This document shows positions 45,762 through 54,263 of a stretch of DNA of 64,000 nucleotides, in pieces. The notes under the pieces are model-generated. The model saw only the letters and a program-made list of their open reading frames with translations. It had not been told where the DNA came from and searched no databases. The stretch's first letter is position 1; every line of letters begins with the position of its first letter. Position numbers and translations under genes: made by a program. The DNA comes from an uncultured Actinomycetes bacterium. GTDB taxonomy: Bacteria; Actinomycetota; Thermoleophilia; Gaiellales; Gaiellaceae. Location of the stretch: positions 145,822 to 209,821 of the forward strand of contig CAVTOH010000002.1 in the NCBI GenBank assembly GCA_963736295.1, in the 5' to 3' direction.

Positions 45762-46966
45762 ACGGCAAGCAGGCGTTCCCACCCTCGATCACGGGAAAGG
45801 GCGCCGCGTACGGGGGCAGCGTCCTCGACCACAACTTCGGCGGCGGCGAGCCCTACACACTCGGCGTCGAGGAGGAGTACCAGCTGCTCGACGGCAACAC
45901 GTTCGACCTCGTCCAGCACATCGAGACGATGCTCGCTGCGATCTCCGGACACGAGCTCGAGCCGCGCATCAACCCGGAGCTCATGCAGTCCGTCATCGAG
46001 ATCACGACTCCGGTGTGCAGGAACGCCGGAGATGTGATGCGCGAGCTCATGAAGCTACGGAGCTACGTGACCGAGATTGCCCGCGAGCGCTTGATGCGCG
46101 TCGGCTCGGCCGGGACGCACCCGTTCAGCCTCTTCGAGCGGCAGCGGATCACGGCCAAGGACCGGTACCGGGCTCTGATCGACCAGATGCAGTACGTCGC
46201 CCGCAGGGAGCTCATCTTCGGAATGCACGTGCACGTCGGCGTCGACGGCCCCGAAAAGGCCATCCAGGTCGTCAACGGTCTCCTTCCACAGCTCTCGCCG
46301 CTCCTCGCGCTCTCGGCGAGCTCGCCCTTCTGGCGAGGCGAGCCCACGGGCCTCGCCTCGAGCAGGCAGATGGTGTTCTCGGCGTTTCCCCGCTCGGGAC
46401 CGCCGCCGCGCTTCCGCGACTACATGGACTACGCCGAGGTGGTCGGGCAGCTCGAGCGCTCGGGGTGCATCGCCGACTACACCCACATCTGGTGGGACAT
46501 CCGCCTCCACCCGCGCCTCGGCACGGTCGAGATCCGCATCTGCGACGCGGTCACGCGGGTCGAGGACGCGGTCGCGATCGCCGCGTACTGCCAGGCGCTG
46601 GTCAAGCTCCTCTCGGAGCGCTTCGACGCCGGCGAGGAGATCCCGTCCTACCACCGGATCCTCACGACCGAGAACAAGTGGCTCGCAGCGCGCTACGGCC
46701 TCGAAGCGCCCGTCATGGATCTCGCCTCGGGGCGGCGGAACCGCGTGCCGGTCGCACGCATCGTGCGCCGGACGCTGGCCGAGATCGAGCCGCATGCGCG
46801 CGAGCTCGGCTCCGAGCGCGAGCTCGAAGGGATCCTCGACATCCTCGCCCGCGGAAACAGCGCCGACCGCCAGCTGCGGATCTTCAACTCGAACCGGGAC
46901 ATCGTCGAAGTCGCCCGCGAGATCGCAGAGGCGACCGAGGCGCTGCCCGCAGCCGTCCAGTCCTAG
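45755..46966 (+). CDS. Carboxylate-amine ligase, glutamate-cysteine ligase family 2 (YbdK-like)
   Basis: YTLGVEEEYQLLD, ELMQSVIEITTPV, GTHPFS, RELIFGMHVHVGV, PFW, WWDIRLHPRLGTVEIRICD. Confidence 0.85.
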   Translation: MSDGKQAFPPSITGKGAAYGGSVLDHNFGGGEPYTLGVEEEYQLLDGNTFDLVQHIETMLAAISGHELEPRINPELMQSVIEITTPVCRNAGDVMRELMKLRSYVTEIARERLMRVGSAGTHPFSLFERQRITAKDRYRALIDQMQYVARRELIFGMHVHVGVDGPEKAIQVVNGLLPQLSPLLALSASSPFWRGEPTGLASSRQMVFSAFPRSGPPPRFRDYMDYAEVVGQLERSGCIADYTHIWWDIRLHPRLGTVEIRICDAVTRVEDAVAIAAYCQALVKLLSERFDAGEEIPSYHRILTTENKWLAARYGLEAPVMDLASGRRNRVPVARIVRRTLAEIEPHARELGSERELEGILDILARGNSADRQLRIFNSNRDIVEVAREIAEATEALPAAVQS

Positions 46967-47805
46967 CTCCGAGCTTTCGCCACCTTCCACGAACGCGTGT
47001 CCACGGTCGCGAGCGCCTGGCGCCCGCGTAGCACCGCAAGCTCACGGCCGCGGCCCTGGAGCTGCAAGCTCAGGGACCACTGGCCGTCGTAGCCGAAGCG
47101 AAGCGGCAGGTCGATGCAGAACGCCTCGCGCTTCGACGTGTCGAGCGCGTGGACGAACGGCTCGTGCCCGCGCCGCGCATAGAGCGTGTACGCCCAGCGA
47201 CCGCCGGCGCTCGTGGCTCGAGCGATCGGGGCTCCGCCCATCTCGTCCTCGCCCTCGAGCCGATCGACGATGGCGCCCCGAAGGCGTCCCGTGCGGGCGT
47301 CGAAGGGACGCACGCGATAGAGCGGGTTGTCTCCCGCTCTCAGATGCTCGGTGAAGTAGAGCGTCGAGGCATCGGGCGAGATCGCGTCGAAGGACCACGA
47401 GCCGGAGAGCACGATCGAGCGCCGCGTCTCGAGCGTGCGCGAGTCGAGCACGACGAAGCGCGTCTTGCCACGCTGGCCGGGCAGCGGCCCGTACGAGCTG
47501 AGGACGAACGACTTGCCGTCACCCGAGAGGCCGCCGACGGTCCCGTTGTACGTGACGAGAGGGACGCCGTAGAAGCCTCTCACGACCTTGCTGCGCAACA
47601 CCCGACCGTCGCGCGCACGGACTGCCGCGACGATCGTCGACTTCGGCATGCCGAATGCCACCAAGCGGTGCCCATCCCCATTGGCACCAACTCCCGGCCA
47701 GCCGTACACGAGTCCGGGCGAATATGCAGACCCGTTCGCCTGTGCGCCGACGGCAGCCGTTGCCGCGGCGACTACGAGAGCAAGTAGAAGCAGTGCGTTT
47801 CTCAT
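46963..47805 (-). CDS. Secreted hypothetical protein (beta-rich)
   Basis: Signal peptide MRNALLLLALVVAAATAAVGAQA. GAGGAGGAA Shine-Dalgarno before ATG 47805. No family recognised. Confidence 0.6.
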   Translation of the reverse strand: MRNALLLLALVVAAATAAVGAQANGSAYSPGLVYGWPGVGANGDGHRLVAFGMPKSTIVAAVRARDGRVLRSKVVRGFYGVPLVTYNGTVGGLSGDGKSFVLSSYGPLPGQRGKTRFVVLDSRTLETRRSIVLSGSWSFDAISPDASTLYFTEHLRAGDNPLYRVRPFDARTGRLRGAIVDRLEGEDEMGGAPIARATSAGGRWAYTLYARRGHEPFVHALDTSKREAFCIDLPLRFGYDGQWSLSLQLQGRGRELAVLRGRQALATVDTRSWKVAKARS

Positions 47806-47815
47806 GACTTCCTCC

Positions 47816-48781
47816 TCAGGGGCCGTAGACGATGCAGGCGTCGTGGGCCGCCCGCGCGACTTTCCGGACAGCGCGGACGCTTCCATTCCGATCGAGGACG
47901 CTGAGCGTCCCGCGAGCCAGCGACGGAGAGATGACGTAGTCCCAGCCGAACGTGACGTTGTACGAGCCCGGAGGGACGCGTGACTGGCGGACGAGCTCGC
48001 CGCCGAGCCGGTAGCGAAGGACGGTGCCGTCGTCACCGCTTGCGACGAACGCCTTCTCGCGGGCGAACGTGACGTGCTGCGGGGGTGCCCCCGCCGGCAG
48101 AATCCGAAGGGTGCGCTGATCACGTCCGTAGAGAGCGATGCGTCGTTCTGCCCCGGAAGTGACCCACACGGCCTCACCGTCGGGCGCAAACACGACGTCG
48201 TGCGCGAGGAAGGGCGGCGAGATCGTCCGTACGAGCTTCGGCCGGCGTGGGTTGCTGGCGTCGAGCACGGCGATGCGAGACGCAGCCGTCCCCAGCGCAG
48301 TCCAGAGCGTGCGGCCGCCCGGGCCGATGCCGATGTGCCGCGCTGGCCCGGGGACGGACGTACGCCAGATCACTCGCCGACGGTCGGCGTCCACGACCGC
48401 GATCTCCTCGGCTGCGGAGTCCGTGACGTACGCCAGCGGGACCCGCGGATGGACGGCGGTGTAGCGCGGCGCTGCGAAGCCGTCGAGCTCGCTGCGAACC
48501 CGCGCAGTCGCGGCGTCGAGCAACGTGACGACGCCGTGCTCCGTGTGCGCCACGAGTGCGATCCGGTCGTGCACGGACTCGATGCTCCGCGGGCCGGGCC
48601 CGGTGCGAATACGCGTGACGACGTCGGCCGACTCGAGGTCGAGCACGACGACATGGCTCTCGAGGTCGGCCGTCACATAGGCAACCGGCGTTCCTCCGAG
48701 CCGGGTGGCGAGCGCAAACGGCCCGCTCGCAAGAGCGAACGAGCCGGAAACCGCGCCGACCAGGAACCGTCGCCTGTCCAT
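47816..48781 (-). CDS. Tat-signal beta-propeller protein (YncE/YVTN-repeat-like)
   Basis: Twin-arginine leader MDRRRFLVGAV. Repeated ~40-aa units (…AYVTADLESHVVVLD…, …AYVTDSAAEEIAVVD…, …LWTALGTAASRIAVLD…). Confidence 0.65.
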   Translation of the reverse strand: MDRRRFLVGAVSGSFALASGPFALATRLGGTPVAYVTADLESHVVVLDLESADVVTRIRTGPGPRSIESVHDRIALVAHTEHGVVTLLDAATARVRSELDGFAAPRYTAVHPRVPLAYVTDSAAEEIAVVDADRRRVIWRTSVPGPARHIGIGPGGRTLWTALGTAASRIAVLDASNPRRPKLVRTISPPFLAHDVVFAPDGEAVWVTSGAERRIALYGRDQRTLRILPAGAPPQHVTFAREKAFVASGDDGTVLRYRLGGELVRQSRVPPGSYNVTFGWDYVISPSLARGTLSVLDRNGSVRAVRKVARAAHDACIVYGP

Positions 48782-48891
48782 GCTCCAACTACGTCTTAGG
48801 GCACCGGCGAGGTCCGGGACCTCTCACCGGCCGGGATCCGTATCCCGGGCATGGACCTCTCGCGCAGGTTCGGTCGTAGTCTGGGCACGGG

Positions 48892-49401
48892 ATGCGTGCG
48901 GGTCGTGACGAGCGCGCCCGCGTACGCGGCGCGCAGGAGGGATCGGCCTCGGATCTCGAGGCTCTCTTCCGCAACCACTGGCCGCGCGCGTTCAGGGCCG
49001 CCTACCTCGTCACGCACGACGCTCAGGCCTCCGAAGACATCGCGCAGGAGTCCTTCCTCGCGGCGATCCGGGCGCTCGACCGCTTCGACCGCAGGCGGCC
49101 CTTCGGTCCGTGGCTCCACCGCATCGTCGTCAACCGCGCGATCGACTGGACGCGGGCTCGAACGCTACGAGCCGAGGTCGAGCTCTCCGAGTCCCTGCCG
49201 GCGAGTCGGTCGTCCGAGGCTCCTGGCGACGACACGCTCTCGGCACTCGCGCGGCTTTCAGCAGAGCACCGCGCGGTGATCGTGATGCGCTACCTGCTCG
49301 AGTTCACGCCCGGCGAGATCGCGGAGGCGCTCGATCTCCCGCGGGGCACCGTCAACTCGCGGCTGCGGCGCGGGCTGGACGCCCTCGAGGAGGAGCTGTG
49401 A
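48892..49401 (+). CDS. ECF-type RNA polymerase sigma-70 family factor
   Basis: Region 2 (AYLVTHDAQASEDIAQESFLAA...FGPWLHRIVVNRAIDW) and region 4 (EHRAVIVMRYLLEFTPGEIAEALDLPRGTVNSRLRRG). Confidence 0.85.
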   Translation: MRAGRDERARVRGAQEGSASDLEALFRNHWPRAFRAAYLVTHDAQASEDIAQESFLAAIRALDRFDRRRPFGPWLHRIVVNRAIDWTRARTLRAEVELSESLPASRSSEAPGDDTLSALARLSAEHRAVIVMRYLLEFTPGEIAEALDLPRGTVNSRLRRGLDALEEEL

Positions 49402-50510
49402 AGCGCGAGCTCGAGCAGATCGAGATCCCGGAAGAGCACGCTGCGAGCGAGCGAGCGTGGAGCGTGGTGCGATCTGCCTTCGACGAGCGGCCCGCGGTCG
49501 AGCACCGCCAGCGGCGTCTGTGGCCTGTCGTCGCGCTCGCAGCCGTCGCAGCGGTCGTCGCAGCGGCTCTCAGCCCTCCCGGCCGGGCTGTCGTGGACGA
49601 GATCCGCGAGGTCGTCGGCGTCGAGCGCGCGCAACCAGCCCTGTTCTCACTGCCCGCGCAGGGCCGCCTGCTCGTTTCGTCCGACGCCGGCATCTGGATC
49701 GTCCAGCAGGACGGCTCGAAACGTTTGCTCGGCGACTATCGCGAGGCGAGCTGGTCGCCATTCGGCCGCTTCGTCGTGGCTGCACGCGCGAACGAGCTCG
49801 CCGCGCTCGAGCCCGATGGCGACGTCCGCTGGACGCTGGCGCGCCGAGGCGCTCGGTCTCCGCGCTGGACCGGCACGGAGGCGGACACGCGAATCGCGTA
49901 CGCCGACCGCACCGGCATCCGCGTCATTGCCGGCGACGGCACCGGCGACCGCCCGCTCGTGCCGGCAGCGCGTGGCCCGTTCGACTGGAGGCCAGGTACC
50001 GGCTTCGTGCTCGCGTACGCAGCCGCCCGGACGGTTCGAGTCCTGAATGCCGAGACCGGGCGCGAGCTCGCCAGTGTCACGCGACCGGCCGGGCCCGTGA
50101 CGGCAATCGAGTGGTCCGCCGACGGCCGCAGGCTCCTCGTCCTGTCGCCGCACCACCTCCGGGTGTACGACGTTCGCCTGGATCTCGTCGGTCAGGAGGA
50201 CCCGGCAGAAGGCTGGCCCGACGTGGATGCCGTTTTCCGGCCGACCTCGCACGAGGTTGCCGTGGCGCGCGTGCACGGCTCGCAGAGCACCGCCTACGTG
50301 CTGAACGGACGTGATCTCTTCAACGGAACGGGCGTCTTCCGCGAGCTCGCCTGGTCGCCCGACGGGCGCTGGCTGCTCGTCGGATGGCAGACCGCAGACC
50401 AGTGGGTCTTCGTCCGGGCGGAGGGCGGGCGAAGGATCCGCGCGGTCGCGAACGTGTCCGAGCAGTTCCGCTCCGAGACGTTCCCGGACATCGAGGGGTG
50501 GGTGCCATAA
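49398..50510 (+). CDS. Putative anti-sigma factor: single TM followed by a TolB/WD40-like beta-propeller domain
   Basis: GTGA overlap with the sigma gene. TM LWPVVALAAVAAVVAAAL. Periplasmic repeats (ASWSPFGRFVVAA, IEWSADGRRLLV, LAWSPDGRWLLVG). Confidence 0.65.
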   Translation: MKRELEQIEIPEEHAASERAWSVVRSAFDERPAVEHRQRRLWPVVALAAVAAVVAAALSPPGRAVVDEIREVVGVERAQPALFSLPAQGRLLVSSDAGIWIVQQDGSKRLLGDYREASWSPFGRFVVAARANELAALEPDGDVRWTLARRGARSPRWTGTEADTRIAYADRTGIRVIAGDGTGDRPLVPAARGPFDWRPGTGFVLAYAAARTVRVLNAETGRELASVTRPAGPVTAIEWSADGRRLLVLSPHHLRVYDVRLDLVGQEDPAEGWPDVDAVFRPTSHEVAVARVHGSQSTAYVLNGRDLFNGTGVFRELAWSPDGRWLLVGWQTADQWVFVRAEGGRRIRAVANVSEQFRSETFPDIEGWVP

Positions 50511-50519
50511 GCTCCGCGT

Positions 50520-50985
50520 GTGCTCGGCCCCGGCGACAATGTCCCTGACACTCAGGTCTGGGCGGCGCCCCGCGAGGAGTCGCGCCCGCTGAAGGAGGTG
50601 CTTGGTGCCGGCCTGGCCTTGCTGTGTTTCTACGTCTGGGACTGGTCTCCGACCTGAACGAACGAGCTCATGCTCCTGCGGGACAGGGGCGACGACCTCG
50701 CGGCTGTGGGTGTACGACCGCTCGCGATCTCGCGAGACTCGCCGTGGTCGCACCTCGCGTGGGCTCAATCGCTCGGCGTGGACGTGCCGTTGCTGTCCGA
50801 CTGGAACGGCGAGACGACGCGCGCGCTTCGGCGTCGCCGTCGAGATCCTCGGCATGGACGACGTCGCACTCCGCACGTGCTTCCTGATCGAGGACGGCAA
50901 GACGATCAAAGAAGCGTGGATGCTCGGCCGTGAGCTGCCCGACATCGACGCCGTGATCGCCGCCGCGCGCGGGCTCGCAGCCTGA
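50520..50985 (+). pseudogene. AhpE-like 1-Cys peroxiredoxin, with in-frame TGA at the peroxidatic Cys codon (50655-50657) and a frame change near 50818-50828
   Basis: VLGPGDNVPDTQVW...ALLCFYVWDWSPT-[TGA]-TNELMLLRD...LAISRDSPWSHLAWAQSLGVDVPLLSDWNGETTRA, then a +1 shift into FGVAVEILGMDDVALRTCFLIEDGKTIKEAWM. This matches the Prx pattern FxPxxxTxxC(T/S)xE, with the stop in place of C. Confidence 0.7.
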
Positions 50986-51269
50986 CGAGCCGTCAGCTCC
51001 GGCTCGATAGGGCGGCGGCGCTGTGTCACGAGGGAGACACTTCGAGGGTCACGACCGTGACAGACAACAGGGCACGGCGCGCCTACCGTGGTCGAGGTAC
51101 GCCGAAACACAGGGGGACAAAAGTGAGGCAGGCAGTCGCAGCCCTCGTATCTGCACGAGCGCTGGCGTCGAGACACGAGACAACGAGCCGAGTACCGGCT
51201 CTCCCGGACGACGAGCAGGTCACCCCCGTGGTGCACCGTCGCCGCCGGATGTCGTGGGCGTGGATCGCG

Positions 51270-51932
51270 TCAGTGTGGAAGACCACGCACGCGAGCTGAG
51301 AGCGCGTCCGCGTCCAGCACTCGCACTCGACCTCGCTCGAGCGAGACGACACCGCGATCCTGCTCCTCGCGGAGCACGCGGTTCACGGTGCCGCGGGCCG
51401 TGCCCGCCAGCTCGGCCAGGCTCTCCTGCGTGAGCGGCACGACGGCCACACTCCCGCCGCCGTAGACCGGGACGAGCTGGAGGAGGGCCCAGCGAACGCG
51501 CGCGTCGGCATCGAGGAAGTGACTGGCGGTGATGTGTCGGTCTGCGAAGCGAAGCCGGTCGGCAAGGAGCCTGACGAGCACGTCCTTGAGCTCCGGGTAC
51601 TCGTCGAGCAAGGCTCGGTACGCATCTCCGCCGATCGAGAGCGTCTCTCCCGCCTCCAGCGCTGCGACGGTGACCGTCCGGTGAGCCGTCGCCTCGAGTA
51701 GCGCAAACTCTCCGAACGTCTCGCCGGGGCCGCGGACGGCCAGCATCGCCGACTGCCCGACCGGCGACACGACCCGGACCGCAAATCGGCCCTTGGTGAT
51801 CAGGTGGAGCGCGTCGGCCGCGTCGCCCCGATGGAACACGATCTGGTCGCGCTCGAACGTGCGTCGCCGGGCCATCGCGAGAAACCGGCGCACGTCGTCG
51901 GGCGGCACGCCCGCGAGGACGCGAAACTCCAT
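51270..51932 (-). CDS. Crp/Fnr-family transcriptional regulator
   Basis: cNMP-binding domain (IVFHRGDAADALHLITKGRFAV...GETFGEFALL) and C-terminal HTH (TQESLAELAGTARGTVNRVLRE). Confidence 0.85.
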   Translation of the reverse strand: MEFRVLAGVPPDDVRRFLAMARRRTFERDQIVFHRGDAADALHLITKGRFAVRVVSPVGQSAMLAVRGPGETFGEFALLEATAHRTVTVAALEAGETLSIGGDAYRALLDEYPELKDVLVRLLADRLRFADRHITASHFLDADARVRWALLQLVPVYGGGSVAVVPLTQESLAELAGTARGTVNRVLREEQDRGVVSLERGRVRVLDADALSARVRGLPH

Positions 51933-51970
51933 CGCTCGAGGGTAGACCTTCGCGGCCTAGTAGCGGTACC

Positions 51971-52769
51971 TCACATGCCCATCGAGTGGTACCCGGCGTC
52001 GACGTACAGCGTCGTGCCGGTGACATTCCGCGAGTCGTCCGAAAGCAGGTACGCAGCCGCGGCGCCACAGTCCTCCGCCTCGATCTGGCGATGCAGCGGG
52101 GCCCGATCCTCGAACATCGTCTCCATCGTCGTGAACCCGGCGATGGAGCGTGCGGCGAGCGTCCGAACCGGGCCCGGCAGAGATCGCGTTCACGCGGATG
52201 TTCTTGAAACCGAGGTCCCACGCGAGGTAGCGGACCGAGGAATCGAGCGCCGACTTGGCGACACCCATGACGTTGTAGTGCGGCACGGCGCGCTCGCCGC
52301 CCAGGTAGGTCATGGTCAGGATCGAGCCTTCGCCGCGCGCCTCCATCAGCGGCTCCGCGGCCTTCGAGCATGCGACGAGCGAGTACGCGCTGATGTCGAG
52401 CGCCATCCAGAAGCGGTCGCGCGGGGTGTCGGTGAAACGCCCCTCGAGATCCTCCGCAGCGGCAAACGCGACCGAGTGGACGAGGATGTCGAGCCCGCCG
52501 CCGAACGTTTCGGACACCTCGGAGAAGACACGCGCGACGTCGTCGTCGGAGCGGACGTCACACTCGGTCACGAGCGGACTCGAGACAGTCTCCGCAAGGT
52601 CCCGGACGCTCTTCTCGATTCGCTCGCCCTGATACGTGAACGCGACCTGGGCTCCCTCGTCGGCCAGCCGACTCGCGATCGCCCAGGCGATCGAGCGCTT
52701 GTTGGCGACGCCCAGCACGAGCGCCTGCTTACCCTCGAACCTGCGCCCTTCGGTGCTGGCGGCCACCAC
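51971..52769 (-). pseudogene. fabI: Enoyl-[acyl-carrier-protein] reductase (NADH) FabI, one frame change near 52165-52175
   Basis: GKQALVLGVANKRSIAWAIA, LDILVHSVAFA, YNVMGVAKSALDSSVRYLA, RVNAISAGP in ORF 51957..52769. The rest (VRTLAARSIAGFTTMETMFEDRAPLHRQIEAEDCGAAAAYLLSDDSRNVTGTTLYVDAGYHSMGM) reads in the adjacent frame, ending at TGA 51971-51973. Confidence 0.85.
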
Positions 52770-52798
52770 AGGAGCCTAAACGGATAGGCTCGCCCGCG

Positions 52799-53578
52799 AT
52801 GAGCGAGGCGCGGGTGGCCGTGGTGACTGGAGCCTCGTCCGGCATCGGGGAGGCCACCTCGCGGGAGCTCGCGCGCCGCGGTTGGCACTGCGTCCTCCTC
52901 GCGCGACGGCAGGACCTGCTCGAGAAGGTCGCGCACGAGATCGGCGGCGAGTGGGAGCTCTGCGACGTCTCGGACCGGGTCCAGGTCGACGAGGTCGCCG
53001 CACGGGTCCTCGAGCGGCACCCGGCCATCGGGATCCTCGTGAACAACGCGGGCATCCCCGCGCGCGGGAGCTTCCTGGACATCGATCCCGAGCGCATCGA
53101 GCAGGTGATCGCCTGCAACTACCTGGGGGGCGTCTGGTGCCTACGGGCGTTCGAGCCCGGTCTGATGGCTGCGGCAAGCGCCGGCGGGGCGCATGTCGTC
53201 AACCTCGTCTCGGTCGCGGGCACCGTCGCGTTCGCGCCCGCCGGAGCCTACTCGGCGGCCAAGCACGCGCAACTCGCGTTCTCGCGATCGACGGCCGCGC
53301 TCCTGCAGCCGAGCGGCATCCAGGTGCACACGATCCTGCCCGGCTTCGTCGAGACCGAGGGCTTCCCGCAGCGCAAGGCGCTCCGGAGCGCGTTGCTGCG
53401 GCGCTTCGTCATCGAGGCGGACGATGTCGCCAGAGCGATTGCGAACGCCGTCGAGAAAGGAAAGGGAGAGGTCACCGTGCCCTGGTTCCCGTATCGGTTG
53501 ATCTCGATCGCGCAAGCGGTGCTCCCGGGTGTCTTCGCCCGGCTCGGCCGGCGCGCCGGCTACCACCGGGACGAATAG
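52799..53578 (+). CDS. Short-chain dehydrogenase/reductase (classical SDR)
   Basis: VVTGASSGIGEA, LVNNAG, YSAAKHA catalytic motif. Confidence 0.85.
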   Translation: MSEARVAVVTGASSGIGEATSRELARRGWHCVLLARRQDLLEKVAHEIGGEWELCDVSDRVQVDEVAARVLERHPAIGILVNNAGIPARGSFLDIDPERIEQVIACNYLGGVWCLRAFEPGLMAAASAGGAHVVNLVSVAGTVAFAPAGAYSAAKHAQLAFSRSTAALLQPSGIQVHTILPGFVETEGFPQRKALRSALLRRFVIEADDVARAIANAVEKGKGEVTVPWFPYRLISIAQAVLPGVFARLGRRAGYHRDE

Positions 53579-53585
53579 CCCCTCT

Positions 53586-54263
53586 CTACGGACCGGACTT
53601 GCGGGCGGAGTACCAGCCGACCTCGATGTCGTAGGTCGCGCCCGGCGAGAGCCCACGCACCCGAACGCGCTCGTCCTCCGGGACGCCCGCGAGCTCGAGC
53701 CGCTTCTCGAGATCGACGCGCTCGGTGACGATCTCGGCGCTGACGAGCACGAGGTCGTTCGCGTCGAGAAATCCGCGGATGTCCGCGTCGGGGAGGAGCC
53801 GCTGGTGGCTCGGGTCGCGCACCCGCTCGAAGCGGTCCATCTCGAAGCTCCGCAGCGGGTCGACGGATCCGAGCTGGTCCATGATCAGGATCCGGCCTCC
53901 GGGGCGAGTCACGCGGGTCAGCTCGGCGACCGCGAGCTCGGGCCGGTGTACGTGGTGGAGAAGGCGCAGGCAGCCGGCGATGTCGAACGACGCGTACTCG
54001 AACGGAAGAGACATCGCGTCGCCTTCGATGATTCGGACGTTCGCGGGCGCCTGTGTGCGCGCTGCCTCGAGATACTCCGCGCGCGTATCCGCTCCGACGA
54101 CCTCGGCGACGAAGGGCGCGAGCGCGAATGCGAGCGCGCCGGTCCCGCAGCCGCTGTCGAGCGCGACCTCCGAGCCCGAGAACGGCCCGAGCATCCGACG
54201 CACTCTGTCGGTGGTCTCGGTCGCCCGTTCCTCCTGGAGCGCGATCCGCAGGTTGACGCTCAC
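53586..54263 (-). CDS. Class I SAM-dependent methyltransferase
   Basis: Motif I ALDSGCGTGALAFALA. GTG 54263 overlaps the upstream stop (GTGA). Confidence 0.75.
   Translation of the reverse strand: MSVNLRIALQEERATETTDRVRRMLGPFSGSEVALDSGCGTGALAFALAPFVAEVVGADTRAEYLEAARTQAPANVRIIEGDAMSLPFEYASFDIAGCLRLLHHVHRPELAVAELTRVTRPGGRILIMDQLGSVDPLRSFEMDRFERVRDPSHQRLLPDADIRGFLDANDLVLVSAEIVTERVDLEKRLELAGVPEDERVRVRGLSPGATYDIEVGWYSARKSGP

Noticed and set aside
50986-51269. Search for a tRNA-Sec (selC) beside the TGA-containing peroxiredoxin
   Set aside because: There is no TCA anticodon loop in a plausible stem, no T-loop consensus and no long-variable-arm cloverleaf in this spacer.
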